This document shows, in pieces, positions 49,337 through 60,651 of a DNA stretch of 64,000 nucleotides. Source of the stretch: an uncultured Bacillota bacterium. GTDB taxonomy: Bacteria; Sysuimicrobiota; Sysuimicrobiia; Sysuimicrobiales; Segetimicrobiaceae. A program made the position numbers and the translations under genes. The DNA lies in assembly GCA_963804645.1 (NCBI GenBank), contig CAWDRG010000009.1, positions 1,312,001-1,376,000 on the forward strand, given 5' to 3'. The notes beneath the pieces were generated by a model. That model saw only the letters and a list, made by a program, of their open reading frames with translations, made no database searches and had not been told where the DNA came from. Every line of letters begins with the position of its first letter. Positions within the stretch are counted from its first letter, which is position 1.

Positions 49337-49646
49337 GCTCGCGGTGATCACGGATGGTGAGACGGCGACCGGGTTTCGCCTCGCGGGCGTCGAGGTGCGC
49401 GAGGCGGACACCCCGGTCCAGGCGCTCGAGCAGCTGCAGGCGTGCATCGCCGCCGGCTACGGGGTCGTCGCCGTCAACGAGGATCTGCTCAAGGGGACCG
49501 AGGACGCGCGCGCGCGCCTGATGCGCGGCCGCGACCTGCCGATCATCGTCCCGCTGCCGCCGGCGCGGGCAACGCAGGAGAGCGGCGAGGCCTACATCGC
49601 GCGCCTCGTGAAAGAGTGCATCGGATTCGCCGTGAAGATGAAGTAG
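49329..49646 (+). CDS. atpF: V/A-type ATPase subunit F
   Basis: [15 protein letters not shown]. Confidence 0.92.
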   Translation: MSKLAVITDGETATGFRLAGVEVREADTPVQALEQLQACIAAGYGVVAVNEDLLKGTEDARARLMRGRDLPIIVPLPPARATQESGEAYIARLVKECIGFAVKMK

Positions 49647-49681
49647 GAACCACACCGGAGCGCGTGAGGAGGACGGAAGCC

Positions 49682-51481
49682 ATGGCGGTCGTAGGGGAGA
49701 TTACTCGCATCTCGGGCCCGGCGGTGATCGCGAAAGGCCTCGCCGGCGCCCGGATGTACGACATCGTCCGGGTCGGCAAAGAAAAGCTGATCGGCGAGAT
49801 CATCCGCCTTGACGGGAACACCGCGTTCGTGCAGGTCTACGAGGACACCTCCGGGCTGTACGTCGGGGAGCCCGTGGAGTCGACCGACGCGCCGCTGCAG
49901 CTCGAGCTCGGACCGGGGATGCTGAGCGGCATCTACGACGGCATCCAGCGCCCGCTCGACAAGATCCGCGATCTCCAGGGGGACTTCATCTCGCGCGGCG
50001 TCATCGTGAACTCGCTCGACCGCGACCGGAAATGGACGTTCGTGCCGAAGGTCAACGCGGGAGACCGCGTCGGCCCGGGCGACATCCTCGGAGAGGTCCA
50101 GGAGTACTCGTACGCCCACCGCATCATGGTGCCGCCGGACGCCGAGGCAGACGAGGTCCAGGAGATCCGCGGCGGGGAGTTTACGGTCACCGAGGTGATC
50201 GGCAAGCTCAAGAACGGGCGGGAGCTCCGCATGATGACGACGTGGCCGGTGCGCGTCCCGCGTCCGGCCGCGCGCAAGCTGGAGCCGACCGAGTTGTTCA
50301 TCACGGGCCAGCGCGTGCTCGACGTCCTGTTTCCGGTGGCGATGGGCGGGACGGCCGCCGTCCCGGGTCCGTTCGGCAGCGGGAAGACCGTCGTGCAGCA
50401 GACGCTGTCCAAGTGGTCCAACGCCGACATCATCGTGTACGTCGGCTGCGGCGAGCGCGGCAACGAGATGACCGACGTGCTGACCGAGTTTCCCGAGCTG
50501 GAGGACCCGCGCAACGGCCGGCCGCTGATGGAGCGGACGATCCTGGTCGCGAACACCTCCAACATGCCGGTCGCGGCGCGCGAGGCGAGCATCTACACCG
50601 GGGTGACGATGGCCGAGTACTTCCGCGACATGGGCTACCGGGTCGCGCTGATGGCCGACTCGACCAGCCGGTGGGCCGAGGCGCTGCGCGAAATCTCGTC
50701 CCGGCTCGAGGAGATGCCCGCGGAGGAAGGCTACCCGCCGTACCTCGCGAGCCGCCTGTCGGCGTTTTACGAGCGGGCCGGCCGGGCGGTCGTGCTCGGC
50801 AAGGACGAGCGCGTGGGCGCCGTGACCGTCGTCGGCGCGGTCTCGCCGCCCGGCGGCGACCTGTCCGAGCCGGTCACCCAGAGCACCCTGCGGATCGTGG
50901 GCGCGTTCTGGTCGCTCGACGCGCAGCTCGCCTACCGCCGGCACTTCCCGTCGATCAACTGGAACCGCTCCTACAGCCTGTACGAGACGCTGCTGAACGC
51001 CTGGTACGGCGAGCACGTCGCCAAGGACTTCACCGACCAGCGCGCCTGGCTCAGCGCGATGCTCGCGCGCGAAGCCGGACTCCAGGAGGTCGTGCAGCTG
51101 GTCGGTCCGGACGCGCTGCAGGACGACGAGCGCCTCGTGATCGAGCTCGGGCGCATGATCCGCGAGTTCTTCCTCCAGCAGAGCGCGTTCAGCGAGGTCG
51201 ACGCGTCCTGCTCGCTCGACAAGGCGTACTGGATGATCCGGGGCATGCGGGCGTTCTACGAGCAGGCGGGCGCCGCGCTCAAGCGCGGCGACGTGACGAT
51301 CGACGAGGTCATCAACCTGCCCCAGAACGAGGTGATCGCGCGGTTCAAGGAAGTGCCGAACGACAAGTTCCGCGCGCACATCGATGAGTTCTTGAAGACG
51401 CTGCCCGACGCGTTCAAGGGCAGCGGAAAGACGGCGGTGCCGGTCGCCGGCAACGGACAAGCCAAGGAGGCGGCCCGATGA
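49682..51481 (+). CDS. atpA: V/A-type ATPase catalytic subunit A (no intein)
   Basis: [17 protein letters not shown] and [10 protein letters not shown] motifs. Confidence 0.97.
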   Translation: MAVVGEITRISGPAVIAKGLAGARMYDIVRVGKEKLIGEIIRLDGNTAFVQVYEDTSGLYVGEPVESTDAPLQLELGPGMLSGIYDGIQRPLDKIRDLQGDFISRGVIVNSLDRDRKWTFVPKVNAGDRVGPGDILGEVQEYSYAHRIMVPPDAEADEVQEIRGGEFTVTEVIGKLKNGRELRMMTTWPVRVPRPAARKLEPTELFITGQRVLDVLFPVAMGGTAAVPGPFGSGKTVVQQTLSKWSNADIIVYVGCGERGNEMTDVLTEFPELEDPRNGRPLMERTILVANTSNMPVAAREASIYTGVTMAEYFRDMGYRVALMADSTSRWAEALREISSRLEEMPAEEGYPPYLASRLSAFYERAGRAVVLGKDERVGAVTVVGAVSPPGGDLSEPVTQSTLRIVGAFWSLDAQLAYRRHFPSINWNRSYSLYETLLNAWYGEHVAKDFTDQRAWLSAMLAREAGLQEVVQLVGPDALQDDERLVIELGRMIREFFLQQSAFSEVDASCSLDKAYWMIRGMRAFYEQAGAALKRGDVTIDEVINLPQNEVIARFKEVPNDKFRAHIDEFLKTLPDAFKGSGKTAVPVAGNGQAKEAAR

Positions 51482-53529
51482 ACCTTGCGACGAAGCGCTA
51501 TACCAGCATCAGCTACATCTCCGGCCCGCTCCTGTTCGTCGAGGGCGCGCGCGACCTGTCGTTCGGCGCGATCGTCGAGATCCACGTGCAGGACGGCAGC
51601 GTGCGCGGCGGCCAGGTGATCGAAGTGTCGGACAAGAACGCGGTGATCCAGGTGTTCGAGGAGACCCGCGGGATGGACCTCGCCAAGACCTCGATCAGCC
51701 TGCGCGAGGACGTGGCTCGGATCGCGGTCAGCCGTGAGATGATCGGGCGCCGCTTCAACGGCCTCGGCGACCCGATCGACGGGCTGCCGCCGATCATCCC
51801 CGAGAAGCGCCTGCCGCTGCTGGGCGCGCCGATCAACCCGGTCGCGCGGGACAAGCCCGCGGAGTTCATTCAGACCGGCATCTCGACGATCGACGTGATG
51901 AACACCCTGGTGCGGGGGCAGAAGCTGCCGATCTTCTCGGGCGCCGGCCTGCCGGCGAACGAGATCGCGGCGCAGATCACCCGCCAGGCGAAGGTGCTGG
52001 GCGAGGCCGAGCAGTTTTCGGTCGTGTTCGGCGCGATGGGGATCACGCAGCGCGAGGCGTCGTTCTTCATCCACGAGTTCGAGAGCACCGGCGCGCTCGC
52101 GCGCAGCGTGGTGTTCATGAATCTCGCGGACGATCCCACGATCGAGCGCTTGATGACGCCGCGCGCCGCGCTGACCGTGGCCGAGTATCTGGCGTACGAG
52201 CTTGATATGCAGGTGCTGGTGATCTTGACGGACATGACCAACTATTGCCTCGCACCCGAGACCGAGGTGCTGCTGGCGGACGGGACGGTCGCGGCGATCG
52301 GTGGGCTGGTTGACCGGGTGGTCGCGCGGGAGTGCGATCTTGGGTCGCTGCCCCCCGTGTTGTCATGGAACGGCCGCGCGGCCGTACCGGCCGCTATCAC
52401 AGACGTCCAGAAGCTTCGGTACCGAGGTCGCATGCTCCGCATCCACACCGCCTCGGGGTCGGAGTTCTCGGCGACGCCCGACCACAAGATTTTGATCGAT
52501 ACTCCCGATGGACCGGTGATGACGCCGGCTGGCGATCTGTCCGTGGGCAATGGTATCTATGCCTCCAAACGGGGTCGGACGTCGGCCGCGACCCAACTGG
52601 GTATGGAGATGGGGAGGCAGGGATCGTCAGCGGCGGTTGCGATCCTGGAGCGAGTGTCTTCGGCGGAGTTCGCGCTGGATGCGATTACCAGCATCGAGCC
52701 GTTCGACTACAACGGATTCGTTTACGATTTCACCGTGGGAGGAACGCACAACTTTCTCATCGAGAACGGACTCGTGGTCTCCAACTGCGAGGCGCTCCGC
52801 GAGATCGGCGCCGCGCGAGAAGAGATCCCGGGGCGGCGTGGTTACCCGGGCTACATGTACACCGACTTGGCCAGCCTGTACGAGCGCGCGGGCCGCCTGA
52901 AGAACAAGAAGGGTACGATCACACAGGTGCCGATTCTCACGATGCCCGACGACGATATCACGCACCCGATCGCCGATCTGACCGGGTACATCACCGAAGG
53001 GCAGCTCGTGCTCAGCCGTCCGCTGCACCGGCAGGGGATCTACCCGCCGATCAACCCGCTGCCGAGCCTGTCGCGCCTGATGAACAACGGCATCGGCAAG
53101 GGGCGCACGCGCGCCGATCACCGGCAGGTCGCCGACCAGATGTACTCGGCGTACGCGCAGGGCCTGGATCTCCGGCGCCTCGTCGCGATCATCGGCGAAG
53201 AGGCCCTGACGGAGAACGACCGCATGTACCTCCGGTTTGCGGACGCGTTCGAGCAGGAGTTTATCAACCAGGGCGGGGCGGACCGGTCGATCGAGGATTC
53301 GCTGGCGCTCGGATGGAAGCTGCTGTCGATGTTCCCGCGGACCGCGCTGACGCGGATCAGCAAGGACCACGTGGACAAGTACTACTTCGGCGAGGAGATG
53401 CAGAAACTGCACCCCCAGAAGGTCGATGTCCTGGAGAGCTTAGGATCGGCCGCCGCACGGCGGCCCCGGGCAGGGATGGGCGAGACATACGACGGGTGGA
53501 GCGGACAGCGGCGATGGCTGACACGGTAA
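51478..53529 (+). CDS. atpB: V/A-type ATPase subunit B, intein-containing precursor
   Basis: [24 protein letters not shown] split by an insertion, [13 protein letters not shown]. Confidence 0.95.
   Translation: MNLATKRYTSISYISGPLLFVEGARDLSFGAIVEIHVQDGSVRGGQVIEVSDKNAVIQVFEETRGMDLAKTSISLREDVARIAVSREMIGRRFNGLGDPIDGLPPIIPEKRLPLLGAPINPVARDKPAEFIQTGISTIDVMNTLVRGQKLPIFSGAGLPANEIAAQITRQAKVLGEAEQFSVVFGAMGITQREASFFIHEFESTGALARSVVFMNLADDPTIERLMTPRAALTVAEYLAYELDMQVLVILTDMTNYCLAPETEVLLADGTVAAIGGLVDRVVARECDLGSLPPVLSWNGRAAVPAAITDVQKLRYRGRMLRIHTASGSEFSATPDHKILIDTPDGPVMTPAGDLSVGNGIYASKRGRTSAATQLGMEMGRQGSSAAVAILERVSSAEFALDAITSIEPFDYNGFVYDFTVGGTHNFLIENGLVVSNCEALREIGAAREEIPGRRGYPGYMYTDLASLYERAGRLKNKKGTITQVPILTMPDDDITHPIADLTGYITEGQLVLSRPLHRQGIYPPINPLPSLSRLMNNGIGKGRTRADHRQVADQMYSAYAQGLDLRRLVAIIGEEALTENDRMYLRFADAFEQEFINQGGADRSIEDSLALGWKLLSMFPRTALTRISKDHVDKYYFGEEMQKLHPQKVDVLESLGSAAARRPRAGMGETYDGWSGQRRWLTR
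52246..52785 (+). mobile_element. mini-intein (180 aa, no homing endonuclease) in V-ATPase subunit B
   Basis: Block A CLAPETEV, block B ATPDHKIL, block F VYDFTV..THNF, block G VVSN|C; removal restores DMTNYCEALREI. Confidence 0.95.
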
Positions 53530-54161
53530 GCCCGACTCGGATGAACCTCCTGCAGCGCCAGAACCAGGTGAAGCTGGCGCAGCAGGGGGTCGATCTGCTC
53601 AAGAAGAAGCGCGACGCGCTGGTCGCGGACTTCTTCAACATCGTGCGCCGGGCCCTCGCCGCGCGCGAGCGGCTCATGCTGAACGCGGGCGAGGGCTACA
53701 CCTTGCTCAGCCTCGCCAAGGCCGTCGAGGGCCGCGAGGTGCTCGAATCGGCGGCGCTCGCGGACTCGAGGCGCCTCGAGGTTGGGATCGAGACGAGAAA
53801 CGTGTGGGGGACGCGGATCCCCACGATCACCACGAGCGAGGTCCGGCGCAGCGTGCTGGCCCGCGGCCAGGACCCGGTCGCGGTGACGGCGCGGACCGTG
53901 GAGAGCGCCGACCGCTTCGAAGAGATCGTGGCCGCGCTGCTCGACGTGGCGAGCACCGAGGTGACGCTGCGCAAGATCGGCGAGGAAATCCGGAAGACGA
54001 CCCGCCGCGTGAACGCCCTCGAACAGGTCGTGATCCCCCGCATCCGGGGCGAGATCCGGTACATCCGCGACGTGCTCGAGCAGCGCGCCCGCGAGGATGT
54101 GTTCCGGCTGAAGCGGATCAAGGCCAAGCTGGAGGCCAAGGCGAAGACAGCCGACGCATAG
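53514..54161 (+). CDS. atpD: V/A-type ATPase subunit D
   Basis: [19 protein letters not shown] and [14 protein letters not shown] motifs. Confidence 0.95.
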   Translation: MADTVSPTRMNLLQRQNQVKLAQQGVDLLKKKRDALVADFFNIVRRALAARERLMLNAGEGYTLLSLAKAVEGREVLESAALADSRRLEVGIETRNVWGTRIPTITTSEVRRSVLARGQDPVAVTARTVESADRFEEIVAALLDVASTEVTLRKIGEEIRKTTRRVNALEQVVIPRIRGEIRYIRDVLEQRAREDVFRLKRIKAKLEAKAKTADA

Positions 54162-54220
54162 CCGGCGGCGCGGGCTCCGGGGATCGGGCGTCCGGCCGCG
54201 GGCGCCCGGGTGGTGGCGAG

Positions 54221-55135
54221 ATGGCGGAGTGGCGTGAGACGGTCGCGGCGGTGTTGGGCGTCCCCGGCATCGTCATGTTTCTCGGGGCCGTCGACGTCGG
54301 CAAGACCACGGCCGCGACGGCGCTGGCGATCGCCGCCGTTCGCGCGGGCCGCCCGCCCGGGGTCGTCGACACCGACATCGGCCAGTCGGACATCGGCCCG
54401 CCGACGACAGTGGGGCTTGGCATGGTGGACCGCCCGGTACGGCAGATGCTTCAGATTCCACTCACAGCGGCGTACTTTACCGGAGACACGACCCCGATGA
54501 CCGTCTTTCCGTGGCTGCTTGAGGGGACGGCGCGTCTCGTCGCCCGGGCGCAGGAGCTCGGGGCCGCGATCGTCATTCTGGACACGACGGGCTGGATCGA
54601 CGGTCCGGCGGCGGTCGCCGCGAAGCTTCGCAAGATTCGCCAGATCGGACCGCGGCATCTCATTGCGATCCAGCGGGCCGACGAAGTCGAGCCGATTCTG
54701 AGTCAGGTGCCGGCGTCCACCATGATCCACCGTCTCCATCCATCCCCAGAGGTCCGGAGGCGGTCGCCCCGCGAGCGCCGGGCGTTTCGTGAGCAGCAGT
54801 TCGCGCGCTACTTCCGCAATGCCCGTCCCGCGACCGTGACGCTGGAGGCCGTGCGTACGGAGCGTGCCGTCGTCCACGCCGGCCGCCGTGTCGCTCCCGG
54901 ACGCGTCGTGGCGGAGCTGCCGCCGCGCGCGCTGCGCCATCGTCTGGTGGGGCTCGCGGACGACGCCGGGGATTTTCTCGGGCTCGGGACGATCGTGGCC
55001 GTGCGTGCGGCGGTCGGTGAAATCGATGTGGTCGCGCCCCTCGGGGCCGTCGGGCGGACCACGGTGCTTCAATGGGGCGCGATGCAGGTGGCTCCGGACG
55101 GCCGGGAGGAGCGCCGCGCCGCCGGGGCGGCGTGA
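54221..55135 (+). CDS. Clp1/Nol9/Grc3-family polynucleotide 5'-OH kinase
   Basis: GAVDVGKTT P-loop, DTDIGQSDIGPPTTVG, LDTTGW and R..RR..RE..F..YF clasp. Confidence 0.85.
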   Translation: MAEWRETVAAVLGVPGIVMFLGAVDVGKTTAATALAIAAVRAGRPPGVVDTDIGQSDIGPPTTVGLGMVDRPVRQMLQIPLTAAYFTGDTTPMTVFPWLLEGTARLVARAQELGAAIVILDTTGWIDGPAAVAAKLRKIRQIGPRHLIAIQRADEVEPILSQVPASTMIHRLHPSPEVRRRSPRERRAFREQQFARYFRNARPATVTLEAVRTERAVVHAGRRVAPGRVVAELPPRALRHRLVGLADDAGDFLGLGTIVAVRAAVGEIDVVAPLGAVGRTTVLQWGAMQVAPDGREERRAAGAA

Positions 55136-55151
55136 CGTGCGGGGAGGACCC

Positions 55152-55880
55152 ATGCGCGTGCATCCCTGGCAGGTCCTGCTCTGCGCGGTCGCGGTGGCCG
55201 TGGGGTTCGGGCTGGTCGTGCAGGTGCGCACCGAGCGCTCGATCGAGACCAGCCTGCAGGTCCCGTCCGGCCGGCTCGGCGAGGTCGCGTACCGGTACCG
55301 GCAGGCGGAGCGCGAGGACGCGGTGCTGCGGGATCAGCTCGCCTCGCTGCGTCAGGAGATCGCGGACGAGGAGCTGCGGGCTGCGGCGGGACGTCAGGCG
55401 ACCGCGGCGCTGGGTCCGGAGCTCGCCCGGATGCGCGCCCTCGCGGGGCTCACCCCGGTGTCCGGGCCGGGGGTGCGGGTGACGATCACCGACAGCAACC
55501 GTCCGCTCCGGCCCGGCGAGGATCCCAACTTGGTGCTGATCCACTACTCGGACGTGCACGCGGTCGTCGCCACGCTGTTCGCCGCGGGCGCCGAGGCGGT
55601 GGCGGTCAACCAGGATCGCATCGCCGGCACCACGGGGATCTCGTGTGTCGGCACGACGATTCTCTGCAACGCCCGGCGCCTCGCCCCACCGTATCAGATC
55701 GACGCGATCGGCGACCCGGCAGTGCTGCGGGCGGCCGTGAATGCGCGTGGCGGGATTCTCAATGAGTTGCGGGCGTTCGACTTTCCGGTCACAGTGGAGC
55801 TGGAGCGCGAGATCCGGCTTCCGGCGTACACGGGGACGTTCGTGCACCAGTTTGCACGGCCGGTAGACAAAGGAGGGTAA
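55152..55880 (+). CDS. DUF881 family protein
   Basis: N-terminal TM plus coiled coil, AGLTPV.GPGV.VT..D, L.AAGAEAVAVN and PPY.I.AIG motifs. Confidence 0.88.
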   Translation: MRVHPWQVLLCAVAVAVGFGLVVQVRTERSIETSLQVPSGRLGEVAYRYRQAEREDAVLRDQLASLRQEIADEELRAAAGRQATAALGPELARMRALAGLTPVSGPGVRVTITDSNRPLRPGEDPNLVLIHYSDVHAVVATLFAAGAEAVAVNQDRIAGTTGISCVGTTILCNARRLAPPYQIDAIGDPAVLRAAVNARGGILNELRAFDFPVTVELEREIRLPAYTGTFVHQFARPVDKGG

Positions 55881-55885
55881 GCGCG

Positions 55886-56251
55886 ATGTGGTTGCCGATT
55901 CTGGGGCTCGCGGCCGGCTTGGCCCTCGGCCTGCTCGTCAGCGTCCAGGTGCCCCTCACGTACGTGAAATACAGCGCGATCGCGATTCTGGCAGCGGTCG
56001 ACACGCTGCTCGGCGGGATGCGCGCCCAGGTCGCGGGGCGGTTCGACCTCCGCGTGTTTCTGTCCGGGTTCATCGTGAACACCCTCTTCGCGGCGCTGCT
56101 GACGGCGCTGGGCGACCTGCTCGGCCTCGACATTTACCTGGGGGCCGTGGTGGCGTTCAGCATCCGGATCTTCAACAACATCGGGTTCATCCGGCGCGAC
56201 CTGATCGGGTTGATCTGGCGCGCGCGGCCGATCGAGGCGGGTGAGACCTAG
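55886..56251 (+). CDS. small basic protein Sbp / DUF1290
   Basis: [16 protein letters not shown] and FLSGF..N motifs; follows DUF881. Confidence 0.88.
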   Translation: MWLPILGLAAGLALGLLVSVQVPLTYVKYSAIAILAAVDTLLGGMRAQVAGRFDLRVFLSGFIVNTLFAALLTALGDLLGLDIYLGAVVAFSIRIFNNIGFIRRDLIGLIWRARPIEAGET

Positions 56252-56319
56252 GCGGACGGCGCGGGACGGACGGCGCAGCGTTCGGCGGGGCGGGCGTGGG
56301 AAGACCAAGGAGGCGGGAG

Positions 56320-57325
56320 ATGGCGCGGATCGGGATCAACGGATTCGGTCGGATCGGCAGGCAGACCCTTCGAGCGTGTCTCGAGCGGGCGCCGGGACTG
56401 GAAATCGTGGCGGTCAACGACTTGGCGGACGTCCGTACCAACGCCCATCTGTTTAAGCACGACAGCACCTACGGGGCGTTCCCCGGCACCGTAGAGGCGC
56501 GCGAGCGCGCGATTGTCATCAACGGACGCACCGTCGCCGTGCTCTCCGAGCGGGATCCGGCGAAGCTCCCGTGGGGCGATCTTGGCGTGGATCTCGTGAT
56601 CGAGTCCACCGGCCACTTCACGGACGCCGCGAAGGCGGCCGGACACCTTGCGGGGGGCGCCAAGCGCGTCGTGATCAGCGCGCCGGCCACGGGCGAGGAC
56701 CTGACCGTCAACATGGGCGTCAACCATACGGTGTACGACCCGGCAAAGCACCGGATCATCAGCAACGGCTCGTGCACGACGAACTGCCTGTCGGTGACCG
56801 CGAAGGTCCTGTCCCAGACGTTCGGGATCCGCACCGGCTTCATGAACACCGTGCACTCGTACACCAACGACCAGGTCGTGCTCGACGTCGTGCACAAGGA
56901 CCTCCGGCGCGCGCGCGCGGCGGCCCTGAACATCATCCCGACGACGACGGGGGCGGCGAAAGCGATCTCCCTCGTGCTGCCGGAGCTCAAGGGGCGGATG
57001 AACGGCTTGGCGCTGCGGGTGCCGACGCCCGACGGTGTCCATTGTGGATCTGACGGTGACGCTCGAGAAGTCAGCGAGCGCGGAGGAGATCAACCAGGCG
57101 TTCAAGCGCGCGGCGGAGGGAGCGCTCAAGGGCTACCTCGGGTACTCCGACGAGCCGCTCGTGTCCATGGACTTCAAGGGCGACCCGCGCAGCGGGATCA
57201 TCGACGCGCTGTCGACGCTCGCCTCAGGCGACATGGCAAAGGTGCTGTCGTGGTACGACAACGAGTGGGGCTACTCGTGCCGCGTCGCCGATCTCGCGAG
57301 CTACCTGATCGAGCGAGGTGTGTGA
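56320..57325 (+). CDS. gap: glyceraldehyde-3-phosphate dehydrogenase, type I (frameshifted at about 57028-57030)
   Basis: [10 protein letters not shown] and SCTTNCL; an extra C interrupts [13 protein letters not shown]-terminus WYDNEWGYS is in the next frame. Confidence 0.92.
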
Positions 57326-58504
57326 TGCGGAAGAAGACCGTCCGCGACATTCGACGTCCGCGGACGTCGGGTGTTCGTCCGCGTGGATTTCAACGTGCCG
57401 CTGGATCACGGCCACATCACGGACGACCACCGGATCGTCGCCTCGCTTCCGACGATCACGTATCTCCTGGACCATGGTGCGGCCGTGATCCTCGCGTCGC
57501 ACCTCGGGCGGCCGAAAGGGGTCGACGACGCGCTGCGGATGTCCCCGATCGCCGCGCGGCTCAGCGAGCTGCTGGGCAGGCCCGTGCGGACGCTCGATGA
57601 CTGCGTGGGGCCGGCGGTGCAGCAGGCGGTCGCCGCGATGAAGCCGGGCGACGTGGTGCTGCTCGAAAATCTTCGGTTTCACCGGGAGGAAGAGGCGAAC
57701 GATCCGGCGTTTGCGCGCCAGCTCGCGTCGCTGGCCGACGTGTATGTGAACGACGCCTTCGGCACGGCGCACCGTGCGCACGCCAGTACCGCCGGAATCG
57801 CGGCGTACCTGCCCGCGGTCGCCGGTCTCCTGATGGAGCGCGAGCTCCAGTTTCTCGGGGGCGTCCTCGAGCGGCCCCGGCCTCCGCTCGTCGTGATCTT
57901 GGGCGGGGCGAAGGTCAGCGACAAGATCGGCGTCATTCAAAATCTGCTCCGGCTGGCGCAGACGATGCTGATCGGCGGCGGGATGTGCTACACGTTTTTG
58001 CGGGCGGCCGGGGCCGAGATCGGTGCCTCGCTGTGCGAGGAGGACCGGGTGGACCTTGCCCGGAGTCTGATGGTGGAGGCGAAGCAGCGCGGGGTGGATC
58101 TGATGCTTCCGGTGGACGTGGTGGCGGCCCAGCGCGTCGAGGCGGGCGCGGCCACCCGCACGGTCGACGCGCGGGAGATTCCGGACGGCTGGGCCGGGGT
58201 GGACATCGGGCCCCGCACCGTCGCGGCGTTCAGCGCTCCTATCTCGGGCGCCGGGACGGTGCTGTGGAACGGACCGATGGGGGTGTTCGAGATCCCGGCC
58301 TTCGCGGAGGGGACGCGCGCGATCGCGAAGGTCGTGGCCGAGTCGCCCGGCGAGTCGATCGTCGGGGGCGGCGACACCGGGGCCGCGGTCGAGGAGTTCG
58401 GATACGCCGACAAGATGACCCACATCAGCACCGGGGGCGGCGCGTCGCTGGAATTCATGGAGGGCAAGACGCTGCCGGGTGTCGCGGTCCTCCAGGACGC
58501 CTAG
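57325..58504 (+). CDS. pgk: phosphoglycerate kinase (frameshifted at about 57350)
   Basis: MRKKTVRDI-[extra T][30 protein letters not shown] and STGGGASLE. Confidence 0.92.
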
Positions 58505-58507
58505 CCC

Positions 58508-59266
58508 ATGCGCACGCCGCTGATCGCCGGAAATTGGAAGATGCACCTCGTGCGCGGGCCGGCCGCCAGCCTGGCCCGGGAGGTGGTGTCCCTGGTTCGG
58601 GACGTGGCCGGCGTCGACGTCGCGCTGTGCCCGCCCGCGACCGCGCTGGACGCGGTGGGCCGGGTGCTGGCGGGGACCCGGGTGCTGCTCGGCGCGCAGA
58701 CCATGCATTGGGAGGCGAAGGGCGCGTACACCGGCGAGATCAGCGCGCCGATGCTCGTCGATCTGGGCTGCCGGGTGGTGATTCTTGGGCACTCGGAGCG
58801 GCGGGTCCTCTTTGGCGAGACCGATGAGCAGGTCGCGCGCAAGACCGCGGCCGCGCTCATCCATGGTCTTACCCCGATCGTCTGCGTCGGCGAGATGCTC
58901 GACGAGCGCGACCGGGGGGAGGCCGCCGCGGTGATCGCCAGGCAGTTGGGGGTCGTGCTCGACGCCGTCCCCCGGGATGCGGTGGCGCGGTTGGTCATCG
59001 CGTACGAGCCGGTGTGGGCGATCGGAACCGGACGCACGCCCACCGGGCCGGAGGCCAATCAGGTGGCCGGGCTGATTCGGGAGCGCCTTGCGGCCGCCGG
59101 CGGCAGCGATGCGGCGGGCGCGGTGCGGGTGCTCTACGGCGGCAGCGTCAAGCCGGACAACATCAGCGAATTCCTCGACCGGCCGGAGATCGACGGGGCG
59201 CTCGTCGGCGGAGCCAGCTTGGACGCCGCCGCGTTCGCGGCGATCGTCCGGGCCGCGGCGCCCTAG
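58508..59266 (+). CDS. tpiA: triosephosphate isomerase
   Basis: AGNWKM, GHSERR, AYEPVWAIGTG and LVGGASL motifs. Confidence 0.97.
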   Translation: MRTPLIAGNWKMHLVRGPAASLAREVVSLVRDVAGVDVALCPPATALDAVGRVLAGTRVLLGAQTMHWEAKGAYTGEISAPMLVDLGCRVVILGHSERRVLFGETDEQVARKTAAALIHGLTPIVCVGEMLDERDRGEAAAVIARQLGVVLDAVPRDAVARLVIAYEPVWAIGTGRTPTGPEANQVAGLIRERLAAAGGSDAAGAVRVLYGGSVKPDNISEFLDRPEIDGALVGGASLDAAAFAAIVRAAAP

Positions 59267-59356
59267 CGTCCGGAGCCGCGCGGGCCCGTCCGGGGCCTTG
59301 GAACGCTCCCGCTCCTGTGATACCCTAGTGGGGCTGTCCCAGTTGGGGGTGAACGT

Positions 59357-59587
59357 GTGACCAATGTGGTGCTGATCATTCAGCTGATCGTCTGCGCCGC
59401 GGTCGTCGGGATCATCGTGCTGCAGGGCCCGAAGGGCGAGGGCCTGGGCGCGATCGGCGGCTCCGGCGCGCGACTGTTCCACGGGCCGAAGCCGCGCGAG
59501 ACCCTGCTGCTTCGCGTCACATCGACGCTGGCGATTCTGTTCGGCGTGACCACCATCTACCTCGTCATCGCCAAATTCGGTCACTGA
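59357..59587 (+). CDS. secG: preprotein translocase subunit SecG
   Basis: Two TM helices, LQGPKGEGLGAIGG; follows tpiA. Confidence 0.88.
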   Translation: MTNVVLIIQLIVCAAVVGIIVLQGPKGEGLGAIGGSGARLFHGPKPRETLLLRVTSTLAILFGVTTIYLVIAKFGH

Positions 59588-59600
59588 GCTGACGGTCCCG

Positions 59601-60641
59601 GTGCCGCGACACCCGACGCCGTTCTCTTCGCTGGACGACGTCGACCGCTACGTGGTCGATTCCCGGGCCCGCCTCCACAGCGCGTCTCACGAGGAGATCT
59701 TCGCCGGCGCGACGACCGACGTCTATTTCGTCCGCACGCTCGAGATTCTGCGATCCCTTGGGCTTGCCGATACCCCGGTGGTGGCCGAGATCTTCACGAG
59801 CGGCGACGGCGTGCTTGCCGGCGCCGATGAGGTCCGCTATCTGCTGCGGGACGCCGGTGTCCGCATTGAGGCGCTGCCCGAGGGCAGCGCGTTCTCAAAC
59901 CGCGAGGTCGTCATGCGGATCGAAGGACCGTACGCGCGGTTCGGCATGTACGAGACCGTGCTGCTTGGGATGCTGGCCCATGCCAGCGGGTGGGCGACCG
60001 CGGCGCGGCACGTGGTGACCGTGGCCAAGGACACGCCGGTGTACTCGTTCGGGGCGCGTCACGTGCATCCGGCGGTCGCACCCGTGATGGAGCGGGCGGC
60101 CGTCCTCGGCGGCATGCGCGGCGCTGCCTGCATTCTGGGCGCGAGGCTCGCCGGCCAGGAACCCGTCGGCACGATGCCCCACGCGTTCATCCTGCTCGTG
60201 GGGGACACGCTGCGGGCCGCGGCGGCGTACCATGAGCGGATGCCGTCTGGGGTTCCGCGGCTCGTGCTGGTCGACACGTTCACCGATGAGGCGATTGAGG
60301 CGGTTCGCGTCGCCGACGGGATGCACGGTGCCTTGACCGCGATTCGCCTCGACACGCCCCGCGAGCGCGGGAGCGTCACCCCGGATCTCGTCCGGGAGGT
60401 CCGGGCCCGACTCGCCCTCGCAGGGCATCCCGCGGTGCAGATCTTTGTGTCGGGCGGCGTGACGCCCGAGCGCATTCCGTCGCTGGTCGAGGCCGGCGCC
60501 AACGCGTTTGGCGTCGGCAGCTACGTGAGCGGCGCGCCTCCGCTCGACATGACCATGGATCTGCGCGAGATCAACGGCGCCCCGATCGCCAAGCGCGGCC
60601 GCATTCCCGGGCGCACGCCTACCCCCCGTCTTCAGGCCTGA
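59601..60641 (+). CDS. pncB: nicotinate phosphoribosyltransferase (short, archaeal-like type)
   Basis: TTDVYF.RT, FGARHVHP, GTMPHA, LVDTF, RLDTP, SGG and FGVGS motifs. Confidence 0.87.
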   Translation: MPRHPTPFSSLDDVDRYVVDSRARLHSASHEEIFAGATTDVYFVRTLEILRSLGLADTPVVAEIFTSGDGVLAGADEVRYLLRDAGVRIEALPEGSAFSNREVVMRIEGPYARFGMYETVLLGMLAHASGWATAARHVVTVAKDTPVYSFGARHVHPAVAPVMERAAVLGGMRGAACILGARLAGQEPVGTMPHAFILLVGDTLRAAAAYHERMPSGVPRLVLVDTFTDEAIEAVRVADGMHGALTAIRLDTPRERGSVTPDLVREVRARLALAGHPAVQIFVSGGVTPERIPSLVEAGANAFGVGSYVSGAPPLDMTMDLREINGAPIAKRGRIPGRTPTPRLQA

Positions 60642-60651
60642 GCACCGGCGG

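Noticed and set aside
49682..51481. Intein in V-ATPase subunit A
   Set aside because: The sequence is continuous through GSGKT and GCGERGNE and has normal length.
53420..53529. C-terminal extension of subunit B overlapping atpD by 16 nt
   Set aside because: Could be a lost stop or another indel error (an out-of-frame TAG lies near 53441); no support for a function.
56296..57600. 434-aa GAPDH with a novel C-terminus
   Set aside because: Artefact of the frameshift near 57029; the true C-terminus is in the 57035-57325 frame.
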